The notes beneath the pieces are model-generated. The model was not told the origin of the DNA and ran no database searches. It worked only from the letters and a program-made list of their open reading frames with translations. DNA of 64,000 nt from a virus: positions 1 through 64,000 of IMG/VR virus record IMGVR_UViG_3300045988_094428. The stretch is one strand, 5' to 3'. Each line of letters begins with the position of its first letter. The first letter of the stretch is position 1. Positions 8,776-18,438 of this stretch are shown here, piece after piece. The translations under genes were made by a program, and so were the position numbers.

Positions 8776-9883
8776 GAAATGGTTGCCTGACCTTAAACAT
8801 ATCGTGAATTGCTGGAATATCCTTAGAGATTAACGTACCAACTATATGCGGTGACGTAATATAGGGCAGACAGGTTCTCTGATATGGTGAAAATCGTTAA
8901 TATTGGACAATCAGCAACCAAGCATCTAGCTTTGCTAGATGAAGGCTCAACGACTAAGTGCGATATAATATAAGTTAGATTAGAATTTATATAGAATGGA
9001 GGTGAAAATATGAGACATAAAAGTACATTAACAGAAAATGATAGCAATTTAGTAATTGAAATGTATAATAGTGGTATGTACCTAAAAGATATAGCCAGTT
9101 CTTTTCATTGCAGAGTGACTAAGATTACTGATATTTTACATGACGCTGGTATTAGAACAAACAATGAAGGGAAATATCTAAATCGGCTTGCAAATACAGC
9201 ATACTTTGACGTAATTGATAGCGAAGTAAAAGCGTATCTCCTTGGTTTTATAACCGCAGATGGTTCGGTTGGAGCAAGGACAGGGAGGAATTTTGGTAAA
9301 ACACTAAGGCTTGAACTTCAAGAGTCTGACGAGTCTATTTTGGATTTGCTCTCAAGCGAATTGAATATTAAAAGCAAGAAATATTATCACAATAAGAATG
9401 GGAAAATTACTGTTTCTGTTGGTATCAGTTCTACAGAGATAGTTGATTCTCTTGAAAAATACGGCGTGGTTGCTAATAAGACATACGTTCTCGAATCTTT
9501 ATTCATGGACTTACCAGATGATTTGTTGAGGGCATATTTACGTGGCCTTTTCGACGGTGATGGTAGTTTATATATTTCTAGCGGCATTGTTCATGGGAAC
9601 TTCACGGAAGGATTAGAGCATATCGTTGTGCAGTTCAGAGATATAATAAACTCCAAAATTGGCATCGAGAATACCACAAAGATTCAGTGCAATAATGGTG
9701 CATATCATGCTGTGTGGAATGGCTCTAATTGCGTAAAGCTATGTGAATATCTTTATAAGGACGCAAAATATTTCTTGCCGAGAAAATATGAATTTGCAAC
9801 TACAGCTATAAAGTCTAACTAATTCTAACTTATATTAAAGATATAGTCTGACCTTATTGGAAACAGTAAGATTAACAAAAATG
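8776..9883 (+). mobile_element. Putative group I intron (1108 nt) interrupting the phoH Walker A codon; carries a LAGLIDADG homing endonuclease ORF
   Basis: Exon 1 ends in U (8775), the element ends in G (9883). Joining 8775 to 9884 restores GTYGSG-KSFLSMQMGL, a canonical Walker A. The downstream ORF continues with PhoH motifs (ARGEGSAVGYLPGEFEQKV, VVDEAEDLTESQLRLVGTRLGQNSRIFFSGDYKQ). Confidence 0.5.
9010..9822 (+). CDS. LAGLIDADG homing endonuclease (intron-encoded)
   Basis: Two LAGLIDADG motifs (YLLGFITADGSV, LRGLFDGDGSL); own RBS GGAGGTGAAAAT-ATG. Confidence 0.7.
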   Translation: MRHKSTLTENDSNLVIEMYNSGMYLKDIASSFHCRVTKITDILHDAGIRTNNEGKYLNRLANTAYFDVIDSEVKAYLLGFITADGSVGARTGRNFGKTLRLELQESDESILDLLSSELNIKSKKYYHNKNGKITVSVGISSTEIVDSLEKYGVVANKTYVLESLFMDLPDDLLRAYLRGLFDGDGSLYISSGIVHGNFTEGLEHIVVQFRDIINSKIGIENTTKIQCNNGAYHAVWNGSNCVKLCEYLYKDAKYFLPRKYEFATTAIKSN

Positions 9884-10402
9884 AAATCATTTCTAAGTAT
9901 GCAGATGGGATTATATGGTGTAAATGAGAAAGGCTATCAGTCCAAGATTCTTGGTGTACGTGAAGCGCGTGGCGAAGGTAGCGCAGTTGGTTACTTGCCC
10001 GGAGAGTTTGAGCAAAAAGTTGGTGATTTCTTTAAGCCTTTGGAGCAACAGCTAAAAGGCGGTGAGTTTGAGTTGCAGAGTCTAAAGCAGCGTGGTGTAC
10101 TTGATGTTCAGATTCCTTATTATCTAAAAGGAACTACTTACGATAGCACCATTATGGTTGTTGACGAAGCAGAGGATTTGACGGAATCGCAGTTGCGTTT
10201 GGTTGGCACACGGCTTGGTCAGAACTCAAGAATTTTCTTTTCTGGTGACTATAAGCAGTCACTAATCAATAAGACTATTAGCAATCCGCTTGTTAAGATG
10301 TGTGACGAATTTAAGGGTAGCCCTAATTTTGCTTGCGTATTTCTTGACACCGATGTTCGTAGTGAAGCATCTAAGATGTTTGCTACTTTGTTTAAACAGT
10401 AA
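9884..10402 (+). CDS. phoH: PhoH-like ATPase exon 2 (remainder of Walker A and the PhoH core)
   Basis: KSFLSMQMGL... then PhoH-family DEAQ-like box VVDEAEDLT and GDYKQ motif. Confidence 0.55.
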   Translation, partial: KSFLSMQMGLYGVNEKGYQSKILGVREARGEGSAVGYLPGEFEQKVGDFFKPLEQQLKGGEFELQSLKQRGVLDVQIPYYLKGTTYDSTIMVVDEAEDLTESQLRLVGTRLGQNSRIFFSGDYKQSLINKTISNPLVKMCDEFKGSPNFACVFLDTDVRSEASKMFATLFKQ

Positions 10403-10768
10403 TTGAATTATGTATTTGCCTAATCATTTTGAAGCTATCGACAAGAGTGTTTTGAATGATAAGGCCAGATATAAAGAAGACTTTGGTGATATGTATAGTC
10501 TATTGCTGGGTCTTCTTTCTACATCTGGCATTTATCCGAAGCATTCTTTAGATTATAATAAGATAACACTGGAGTTTGACGTAGATAACCGTATGTTACA
10601 GATTATGATTTCTGACTTGTATGGTGTGTATACATACGTAAATTATAATTCCGTAAGTAACGTAGTTACGTTAAATTTAGCTAGTTGGACTACTTATGGT
10701 AAAATTTACCAGTTAGCCAATGCTATCTACGAATCATACTTTAGATTGAAGAAAAATTCAAAAACCCC

Positions 10769-10797
10769 TTGACTTTTCTGTGAAAGTATGGTATTAT
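10769..10797 (+). promoter_or_regulatory. sigma70-like promoter (family member)
   Basis: aaaaaccccTTGACTtttctgtgaaagtaTGgTATTAT. Confidence 0.55.
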
Positions 10798-11180
10798 ATA
10801 GGTGTTCCAAGAAATCTTGAATAAAAGGAGGGTTAAGAATGGTCGTTAAAGTTGATGAAGCAAAGAAAGCAAACGGAGTCGCGTATACTGAAACATGGTA
10901 TCTCGACAACATTTCATCTGTGAAATTTTATACGCTTCCGACTGATGGTGAAGTTAATATGCCCATTATGGAAGTATACAAGCGTAGCAATAACACTATT
11001 GATGGAGTTGAGCCACTCAAGTATGCTATGGGCCAGAATCAGCAGAATGTTACTCTTATGACCGACACTGGGTATATTATCGAGAAATTTGGGTACGAAG
11101 CTGTTTCTGAAGGCTGTGTTGTTCAGGATGTAAACGAAAGCCCGATTATGAAATCTAAGTAAAAATATTTTCTAAACCTC

Positions 11181-11209
11181 TTGACAAATTTACATTTTTA
11201 TGGTAAAAT
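11181..11209 (+). promoter_or_regulatory. sigma70-like promoter
   Basis: TTGACAaatttacatttttaTGgTAAAAT. Confidence 0.5.
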
Positions 11210-11467
11210 ATTAGTGTTCAAGGAGGTGCGAGAACCATAAGGAAAAGCGGCTTTTTGACCACTTTGATGAATTTTGGAGTTAGTGAAAAAGATGCAACCG
11301 ATTTTGCTAACGAGGTTATCAACAGAGGTGGCAAGATGAGTTATGAGGGTGCTTATCATATTTGGGAAACCGAAATGATTAAGGCCGGAATCGCATCTAC
11401 AAAAGATAAGATGGTTGCAAAAGATACAATCAGCAATAAATTATTTGGATAAAAGGAGTATCTAATT

Positions 11468-12967
11468 ATGGCAAATTTTGCAAATGCAGTTCGTGAATCT
11501 GCACGAATGACCACTACCGCAAATGGAGCAAAGTGCTACAATACCACTGGTAGCAAGATGCTTGACCTGTTCTCTACCGCTGGCGGTATGCGCACTCGAA
11601 TCAATGATGTTCGTGATGCGTTCTCTGCGGCATGGAACGAGAATCCTGAGCTGGCAATTAAGCTGGCTTTCTATTGTCGTGACGTGAGAGGTGGACAGGG
11701 TGAACGTGACGTTGCACGTGAGATGCTTCGCTGGGTCGCAGAATATCATCCTTCCACTATGCGTAAGAATTTGAAGTTCTTGCCTGAGTATGGTCGTTGG
11801 GACGATATTTACGTCTTTGTTGGCACTAAGGTCGAGAATGACGTATGGCAGATGGTTCGTGAGCAGTTCACCGAGGACATCAAGAACGTCAATTCCGGTA
11901 AGTCCTGTTCTCTGATGGCTAAGTGGCTGAAGTCAGTCAATACTTCCTCTAAGAAGTCTGTCGAGTTTGGTCGGTTGACCGCTCGTAAGTTGGGACTGTC
12001 TTATATGCAGTACCAGAAGACTCTGGCAAAACTGCGTAAGTACATTAACGTGACCGAGGTTAATATGTCTGCAAACAAGTGGACTGATATTAACTACGAA
12101 GCTGTCCCTTCTAAGGCTATGACTAACTATCGTAGCGCATTCGCCCGTCACGACCACGAAGGATTTACCGACTATATCAACGCTGTTAAGGCCGGAGAAA
12201 AGACTATTAAATCTAACACTTTGTATCCTTATGACCTTGTACATCAGTACATGGGCGGCGGTGGAATGGTTTCTTATCGCTCCGGTTACTACAACTGCGG
12301 TGGTTTGGCAGATAAGGAAGATGCTGTTGTTGAAGCACAGTGGAAGGCATTGCCCAACTACATTGACGGAAACCATAACGTGATGGTTATGGCAGATACG
12401 TCTGGTTCTATGCGTGGTCAGCCCATCGAATCCGCTCTTGGCCTTGCAATGTATTTTGCAGAGCGTAATAGTGGCCCTTATAAGAATCTGTTTATGACCT
12501 TTAGCTCTCATCCTTGCTATGTCACTCTGGATGAACAGAGTATGCTCGGCAACTTGAAGAAGGCCGCAAAAGCTGACTGGATGGGTTCTACCAACCTTGA
12601 AGCTGCCTTTGCTAAGATTCTCAAGACTGCGACTGACAACCACCTGACTGATGACGAGTTGCCCAAGGCACTTGTTATCATCTCGGATATGCAGTTTAAT
12701 AAGGCGTTGATTCAGGGCGACAACTACTTCGACTCTATGAAGAATATGTATGCCGCACACGGTTATACCCTTCCTCATGTTGTGTTCTGGTGCGTAAATG
12801 CTTGGGCTGGTTCTACTCACCATAATAACTACAACGACTACGTTACTACGTTTAGCGGTAATGCCGCAAGCACTTTCCGTGATGTTCTCGGAACTATCGG
12901 TTATAATGCTTACGAGGCTATGTTGAAGGTTCTGAATGGTGAGCGTTACGCGCAGATTCATGCCTAA
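11468..12967 (+). CDS. vWA-domain protein with a ~300-aa N-terminal region that may be TROVE/DUF2828-like
   Basis: MIDAS motif VMVMADTSGSMRG in the C-terminal half. The N-terminal similarity to the TROVE module of Ro60-like proteins is tentative and recalled, not computed. Confidence 0.4.
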   Translation: MANFANAVRESARMTTTANGAKCYNTTGSKMLDLFSTAGGMRTRINDVRDAFSAAWNENPELAIKLAFYCRDVRGGQGERDVAREMLRWVAEYHPSTMRKNLKFLPEYGRWDDIYVFVGTKVENDVWQMVREQFTEDIKNVNSGKSCSLMAKWLKSVNTSSKKSVEFGRLTARKLGLSYMQYQKTLAKLRKYINVTEVNMSANKWTDINYEAVPSKAMTNYRSAFARHDHEGFTDYINAVKAGEKTIKSNTLYPYDLVHQYMGGGGMVSYRSGYYNCGGLADKEDAVVEAQWKALPNYIDGNHNVMVMADTSGSMRGQPIESALGLAMYFAERNSGPYKNLFMTFSSHPCYVTLDEQSMLGNLKKAAKADWMGSTNLEAAFAKILKTATDNHLTDDELPKALVIISDMQFNKALIQGDNYFDSMKNMYAAHGYTLPHVVFWCVNAWAGSTHHNNYNDYVTTFSGNAASTFRDVLGTIGYNAYEAMLKVLNGERYAQIHA

Positions 12968-13025
12968 TGTTTGACTAAACGATGGCAACACCGCCACCGT
13001 TAATTTTTAATCTAAAGGAGAAAAT

Positions 13026-14558
13026 ATGGTTAATCTTTTCGCATTTATTCCTGTCGTCGCAATTATCGCTGTAATTGCATTGATTGTTATTGTTTTCAAG
13101 TCTTGTTATAAGAAAGCACCGCCCAATAAAGCGATGGTCATTACTGGGCCGTCTGGTAGCAAGACTGTTCACGGTAAGGCTTGCTTTGTCATTCCGCTGA
13201 TTCAGCGTGTTGATTATATGTCTTTGGAGAACATTCAGGTAGACTTTACGTCTCGTGATGAGATTCCTACCAAGGACGCTATCAATATCAATGTTGATGC
13301 GGTTGCTAATATGGCTATTGACACCGAACCGGAGCGCATGGCGGTTGCCGCATCTAAGTTTCTTGGATATTCTATCGCAGACATCCAGACGATTGTCCAG
13401 CCTATTTTGGAAGGTAACATCCGCGAAATTATCTCTCAGACTACTCTGAAGGAGTTGATTCAGGGAGACAAGAAACAGTTTGCTGAAAAGGTTATGGAGA
13501 ATGTTGCCCCTAACCTTGCAGACCTCGGTTTGAAGCTAACTACGTTTAACATCCAGAACTTCAAGGATAGAAATGGCGTGATTGAGAATCTGGGTATTGA
13601 GAATACTGTCCAGATTTCTAAGGACGCCAAGAAAGCACAGGCACAGGCAAAGGCAGAAATTGCTATTGCAGAAGCAGAAAGCGCACGTGCCGCAAATGAA
13701 GCACAGGTCGTAGCTGATGCTGAGATTGCTCAGAAGCAGAACGAACTGGCTATCAAGAAAGCACAGCTGAAGAAGGTTGCGGAAGTCGAACAGGCTCGTG
13801 CCGATGCCGCACGTGGAATTGAGGCTGAGGAACAGCGTAAGGCGCAGGAAATTGCGACCGCAAACGCAAACCTTGCTCGTCAGGAAAAGGAAATTGAACT
13901 GAAGGAGCGCGAGGTTTCCATCAAGGAAAAGTCTCTGGAAGCAGAGGTCAAAAAGACAGCAGAAGCAAAGCGCTACGCTGACCAGCAGGCCGCAGACGCA
14001 CATCTGTATACCGTCCAGCGTCAGTCTGAGGCTTCACTGTTCGACCGTCAGAAGAAGGCAGAAGCAGAGAAGGTTGAAGCTACCCAGAGGGCAGAAGCTG
14101 AAAAGATTACCTCTGAGGCAAAGCGTATTGCCGCAGAAAACGAAGCTGCTGGTATCAAGGCAAAGGGCGTTGCAGAAGCAGAAGCTATTCGTGCAAAGGC
14201 ATTGGCAGAGGCAGAGGGCACTCTGAAAAAGGCAGAAGCTATGCGTGAGTACGGTGATGCTGCAACTATGGACATGAAGTTGGCTGTTGCCAAGGCTTAT
14301 ATTGACAAGTTGCCTGAGATTGCCGCCGCAGTTGCCGCACCTATGGCAAATATTGGCAATATCACCATGTATGGCGAGGGCAACACCGCAAAGCTGACTG
14401 GTGACGTTACCAAGACCATGAAGCAGATTACCGATGGCTTTACTGATGCCACTGGTTTCAATCCTATGATGCTGTTGTCTGGTGTTCTGGGTGGTAAGCT
14501 GGCCGCGTCCAACAACGGTTCTACTGTAAACGTCCATGTTGACGGTGACAATCAGTAA
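13026..14558 (+). CDS. Flotillin-like SPFH/band-7 membrane protein
   Basis: N-terminal TM helix, SPFH-like core, long AEAEAxRA coiled-coil repeats typical of the flotillin/YqiK family. Confidence 0.55.
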   Translation: MVNLFAFIPVVAIIAVIALIVIVFKSCYKKAPPNKAMVITGPSGSKTVHGKACFVIPLIQRVDYMSLENIQVDFTSRDEIPTKDAININVDAVANMAIDTEPERMAVAASKFLGYSIADIQTIVQPILEGNIREIISQTTLKELIQGDKKQFAEKVMENVAPNLADLGLKLTTFNIQNFKDRNGVIENLGIENTVQISKDAKKAQAQAKAEIAIAEAESARAANEAQVVADAEIAQKQNELAIKKAQLKKVAEVEQARADAARGIEAEEQRKAQEIATANANLARQEKEIELKEREVSIKEKSLEAEVKKTAEAKRYADQQAADAHLYTVQRQSEASLFDRQKKAEAEKVEATQRAEAEKITSEAKRIAAENEAAGIKAKGVAEAEAIRAKALAEAEGTLKKAEAMREYGDAATMDMKLAVAKAYIDKLPEIAAAVAAPMANIGNITMYGEGNTAKLTGDVTKTMKQITDGFTDATGFNPMMLLSGVLGGKLAASNNGSTVNVHVDGDNQ

Positions 14559-14578
14559 TCATTCTCTTTTAGATTCTT

Positions 14579-14600
14579 GCAGGGCATACGCCCTGCTTTT
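14579..14600 (+). terminator. Rho-independent terminator
   Basis: GCAGGGC-atac-GCCCTGC followed by TTTTATAT. Confidence 0.8.
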
Positions 14601-14699
14601 ATATGGGGTATTAGTCTAACTGGACAAAACATCACTCTCCTAAAGTGAATTTCTCCGTTCGAGTCGGGGATGCCCCACCAAAATTTTTCTCAAAACCAC

Positions 14700-14728
14700 T
14701 TGACAAATCGCAAAAAGTATGATAGAAT
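14700..14728 (+). promoter_or_regulatory. sigma70-like promoter
   Basis: aaaaccacTTGACAaatcgcaaaaagtaTGaTAGAAT. Confidence 0.55.
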
Positions 14729-15213
14729 ATAGGTGTTCCAAGGGGAATAGAAAGAAAGGTATATTGCATGAAATATGAGACTGTAAAAATGCACGAGTCT
14801 ATTCCTATGACACCGAAACGTCTTTATGAGTGGGCTGTTGCAAACGGTGTTGAAGATTGTCAGATGTATTTTCCGGCAGACGAGCTTGAATGAGATGTTT
14901 ATTTGACTATGGATGATATGTGTAAAGAACATCGTGATTTTGATAAGAACAAGGAAATGGTAGTCAATATTCGTAGGTAATTGTATGATGGTTTTTGTCT
15001 ATGAACTGAAATATGTTGATAAACGCAAATTAGTCCCAGTCACAGAGAGTCCAAAGACGAGGACAATCGCTACGGTGATTAACAAAGTTACTGGAAACGA
15101 TGTTAAGCGTTTGTATAATCGCTTGAAGCGAAGTGGCAATATGCCACAGATGGAATATCTAAAAGATGGAAATTATCGTATTATGTATATGGCACTGCCT
15201 AATGGGTTGAAGT

Positions 15214-16056
15214 TTGACCCATTCTATAAGGACGGGATATATTACAGAGGAAGGAGCGTATTTGACCGTGATGACACTTGATGACAGAATGAAAACTTAT
15301 TATGAGGGTGCATATCGTGTTTATCTGACACGGCGTATGCCTGTCATTATCCGAATCGACTCTCGTGCTGGGCACACCTTTACAAAGAATCTGAAAAAGC
15401 CCTTTGATGTAGTTTTCACTGCAACGATGCAGGATACAATGAAGTATCTGTGTGAAAACATTCAGGGTTGTGTAATTGGTTATACGCAGTCTGACGAGAT
15501 TACTTTGTGCCTTGTTGATTATGACAAGCTGGAAACCGATGCTTGGTTTGGTTATAATCTAAACAAACTGGTAAGCCTCAGTGCATCAATGGCTACGTTG
15601 GCATTTAATAAGTGCTTTGAACGTAATGCCAATAGAACCCTCACTAAGATGGCATTGTCCTCTGGCGTGAATAAGTTTGAAATTGACGCTTACTCTGCTA
15701 CATTGGCAAAGTGTAAAGAAAAGGGTTTGTGTTTCGATTCTCGCGCCTTTAATATCCCGAAGGAAGAGGTGTGCAACTGCTTCTTATGGAGACAGCTTGA
15801 CGCTTCTCGAAACAGTATTCAGGCGGTTGGTCAGGCTAATTTTTCGCATACCGTTCTGAATGGTAAGAATACTTCCGAGATTCAGGATATGTTGATGAAC
15901 GAGAAGGGTATCAACTGGAATAATCTTGCTACAGAATTGAAGCGTGGCTCTTGTTGTGTGCGAGATGAAGGTGGCTGGACTATCGACCATGAGATTCCTA
16001 AGTTCTCTGGCGATGGTCGTGATTACATCGACAAGCTGATTTATATCGGTGAATAA
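15214..16056 (+). CDS. Thg1-like protein (tRNA-His guanylyltransferase / 3'-5' polymerase family). True start probably ATG ~15274.
   Basis: VIIRIDSRAGHTFTK matches the Thg1 RIDGRxFhkF motif; GYTQSDEITLCL matches the Thg1 GQSDE motif. Confidence 0.6.
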   Translation: MTHSIRTGYITEEGAYLTVMTLDDRMKTYYEGAYRVYLTRRMPVIIRIDSRAGHTFTKNLKKPFDVVFTATMQDTMKYLCENIQGCVIGYTQSDEITLCLVDYDKLETDAWFGYNLNKLVSLSASMATLAFNKCFERNANRTLTKMALSSGVNKFEIDAYSATLAKCKEKGLCFDSRAFNIPKEEVCNCFLWRQLDASRNSIQAVGQANFSHTVLNGKNTSEIQDMLMNEKGINWNNLATELKRGSCCVRDEGGWTIDHEIPKFSGDGRDYIDKLIYIGE

Positions 16057-16083
16057 ATTTTAAAAAATATTTTCCAAACCCCT

Positions 16084-16111
16084 TGACAAATGACAAAAAA
16101 TTTGATATAAT
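16084..16111 (+). promoter_or_regulatory. sigma70-like promoter
   Basis: ccaaaccccTTGACAaatgacaaaaaatttgaTATAAT. Confidence 0.55.
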
Positions 16112-16136
16112 AAGGGTGTCAAGAGGAGGTGGTTGA

Positions 16137-16703
16137 ATGGCTACACGATGGTATGATTAGGTCTATCTTCCAAATCATCCGAGGGCAGGAACGAACGGAA
16201 ATGTATTTGTCCATGTAATTGTTGCTGAACAAAAGATTGGAAGATACCTGAAGCCGGAAGAAGTTGTTCATCATATCAACATGGATAAGCATGATAATCG
16301 ACCAGAAAATTTATTGGTTGTCGCTACAAATAGTGACCATGCGGCAATTCATAATGGATGTAACTATGAATTGGATAGTGATGGTGTGGCACATTCAATA
16401 AAGAAAGCGTGCTTTTGTAAGGTATGTGGAAAGATTATTTCTTATGGTTCTGAAATGTGTATTGATTGCTGGCATGAATTTTTGAACAAAAATAGTGCTC
16501 CACATAAAATAGTCGATGGACATTGCATAATTATAACACGTGATGAATTAAAATATAAGATACGCCATAAGTCGTTTGTCGGTATCGGCAAAGAATTTGG
16601 TGTCTGTGACAATACGATAAGAAAATGGTGTAAAAAGTACAACCTCCCTTTTAGAACAAAAGATATAAAGAAATATACAGATGAAGAGTGGGTGAGTGTT
16701 TAA
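16137..16703 (+). CDS. HNH homing endonuclease with an in-frame TAG at codon 8 (16158-16160)
   Basis: MATRWYD-TAG-VYLPNHPRAGTNG...VHHINMDKHDNRPENL is the classic HNH N-terminus and HNH motif, continuous across the TAG. Strong RBS AAGAGGAGG. The C-terminal ~60 aa is shared with the 17348-18100 ORF. Confidence 0.6.
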
Positions 16704-16898
16704 CACCCACTAATATACGTCCTTAGTGTAACGAATAGCACGAAAATCTCCAAAATTTTTAGTAACAGTTTGACTCTGTTAGGACGCGCCAGTTAGACTT
16801 TGTTTGGTTAAGTTAAACATCAATAGCTAGTCTATGTTGGTGAGTTAAAAACCAAGTTCGTGCGCACGAATTTCTTGCGGGAGCAAGGTCGTTTATAT

Positions 16899-16973
16899 GC
16901 GCTTATCGTTCAATGGATAGGACAAAACTCTTCTAAAGTTTTTATGTGGGTTCAATTCCTACTAGGCGTACCA
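16899..16973 (+). tRNA. tRNA-Arg (anticodon TCT), CCA encoded
   Basis: Acceptor GCGCTTA/TAGGCGT, D arm GTTC/GGAC, anticodon arm AAACT-CTTCTAA-AGTTT, T arm GTGGG-TTCAATT-CCTAC. Confidence 0.7.
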
Positions 16974-16974
16974 C

Positions 16975-17060
16975 AGACGCATACAGCAATCCATAAATTT
17001 TGATGGTTTAAAAAGAATGCTTAAAACAATCTTTTACGGTTCGATTCCGTTCTGCGTCTA
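16975..17060 (+). ncRNA. tRNA-like element, identity unresolved
   Basis: Acceptor-like pairing AGACGCA/TGCGTCT; T8A9; T arm ACGG-TTCGATT-CCGT. No convincing D/anticodon arm by hand; 85 nt. Confidence 0.3.
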
Positions 17061-17137
17061 ATTTTTAGTTATTCTTTATCTTTTTCTGAATCTGATAGAT
17101 ACGAACAGCAACACTTTCTTTGTTCGCGCCACTAATT

Positions 17138-17212
17138 GCGGATATAGTTTAGATGGTTAGAACGCCACACCGAAATGTGGAGACGTGGGTTCGAGTCCCA
17201 CTTATAGTCGTG
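17138..17212 (+). ncRNA. tRNA-like element, probably a pseudo-tRNA
   Basis: Canonical D arm (GTTT-agatggtta-GAAC) and T arm (GTGGG-TTCGAGT-CCCAC). The anticodon stem CCACA/TGTGG encloses only 6 nt. The acceptor stem does not pair. Confidence 0.3.
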
Positions 17213-17220
17213 TCTAATAT

Positions 17221-17293
17221 GCCCGGTTAGTCAAGTTGGCTAAGACGAGTGATTCTCAATCACTAGGCGGCAGTTCAATCCTGCCACCGGGTA
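17221..17293 (+). tRNA. tRNA-Glu (anticodon CTC), no encoded CCA
   Basis: Acceptor GCCCGGT/ACCGGGT, anticodon arm AGTGA-TTCTCAA-TCACT, T arm GGCAG-TTCAATC-CTGCC. Confidence 0.6.
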
Positions 17294-17298
17294 CTTTA

Positions 17299-17330
17299 TG
17301 GTCGAGTAGCTCAGTTGGTTAGAGCAGTAG
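17299..17330 (+). ncRNA. Truncated tRNA 5' fragment (acceptor + D arm), directly upstream of the PD-(D/E)XK endonuclease gene
   Basis: GGTCGAG-TA-GCTC-AGTTGGTTA-GAGC-A-GTAGA... but no matching 3' half (no CTCGACC) within 1 kb. Confidence 0.4.
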
Positions 17331-17347
17331 ATAAATGGGGTATGAAT

Positions 17348-18100
17348 ATGGTAAATTCAAAGATGAAAGGCAATATTGCAGAGTCGCGTATTTTATATGA
17401 ATTTGTTTAGAGAGGAATACCAGTTTCAATACCTTACGGCGATAATGAACGCTATGATATGATAGCGGAATTTAATGGAAAGCTGAATAAGATACAGATA
17501 AAGTTCTGCAATCAACAAATAGTTGATGGTTCGATAAGCTGTCCATGTTCTAATATAGTAAATCCATTAACAAAAAGTAAGCATAGAGAATTATATGTTA
17601 ATGATGTTGATTATATGGCATTTTACATATATGTATGGGATGTTGCTGTTATAATTCCAACAAGTTACATAGGGAATAGGATTCAGATAAAGATTAGAAA
17701 AGAACGTGCAAAGAACAATCAAACTACAGCTTCTACATTTGTTGATGACTTTACTTTTGATAAAATTGTTGGAGCAGATGTTCGTAATGTGATAGAAGAA
17801 CAACAAAATGTATATGAAAAAGCATATAATAGATGTGTTGATTGCGGATGTGCCATATCGGATAGGGCTGTGAGATGTTTAAGGTGTAGAAACTTGAAGC
17901 AATATGAAGAAACGGCAAATCCGAATATGATAGATAGAGACACGCTTAAATCCATGATTAGAAATATGCCATTTAAGCATATCGCATCTATATGTGGAGT
18001 TTCAGATAACTGTATTAGAAATTGGTGTAAAAGATATAATCTTCCATATCGTACATCTGACATTAAGAAATATACAGATGACGAGTGGAGTGATGTATAA
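17348..18100 (+). CDS. PD-(D/E)XK (Hjc/archaeal-resolvase-like) endonuclease with C-terminal domain shared with the HNH protein; in-frame TAG at 17408-17410
   Basis: GNIAESRILYEFV-TAG-RGIPVSIPYGDNERYDMIAEFNGKLNKIQIK matches the E..V...L...G..V..P..D...YD.I.E..GK...IQ.K nuclease core across the TAG. C-terminus ...NCIRNWCKRYNLPYRTSDIKKYTDDEW matches the 16137-16703 ORF. Confidence 0.5.
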
Positions 18101-18239
18101 TTTTTAGCTAATTACCAAAACAATATCCCACTGACATAATAATACCCATTTTTTCGGTTTGGCTAACAGCGCATAGCTATAAAAGTCTAGGATTATTGGA
18201 TAGGCTAACAATGACTGCTGGAAAGACAGCAATTTATAT

Positions 18240-18316
18240 GCGGCAGTAGTTCAACTGGATAGAACAATCGGCTACGAACCGATAGGTTGCGAGTTCAAGT
18301 CTTGTCTGCCGTACCA
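18240..18316 (+). tRNA. tRNA-Arg (anticodon ACG), CCA encoded
   Basis: Acceptor GCGGCAG/CTGCCGT, anticodon arm ATCGG-CTACGAA-CCGAT. Confidence 0.7.
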
Positions 18317-18438
18317 GATAAATGAGTCTCAAATTACGCTGGACAAAGGGGAGCCTTTTATGGGTGACTGTTATGACAGTGACCCTGATTATCGGTGACG
18401 ATACTAACTCATGAGAGTGCGTAAGCCGACATTTATAT

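Noticed and set aside
11933-12997. 354-aa minus-strand ORF antisense to the vWA/TROVE-like gene
   Set aside because: Antisense to a motif-supported gene; translation is Val/Ser/His-rich with no recognisable domain.
13536-14551. Several minus-strand ORFs (155, 167, 81, 84 aa) inside the flotillin gene
   Set aside because: They arise from the GCx-rich coiled-coil repeats (Cys/Leu/Phe-rich antisense translations). The sense-strand SPFH gene is clearly the real one.
16700-16898. Possible extra tRNA or tmRNA between the HNH gene and tRNA-Arg(TCT)
   Set aside because: Contains a TTCGTGCGCACGAA palindrome and hairpins but no acceptor/T-arm combination I could pair. Left unannotated.
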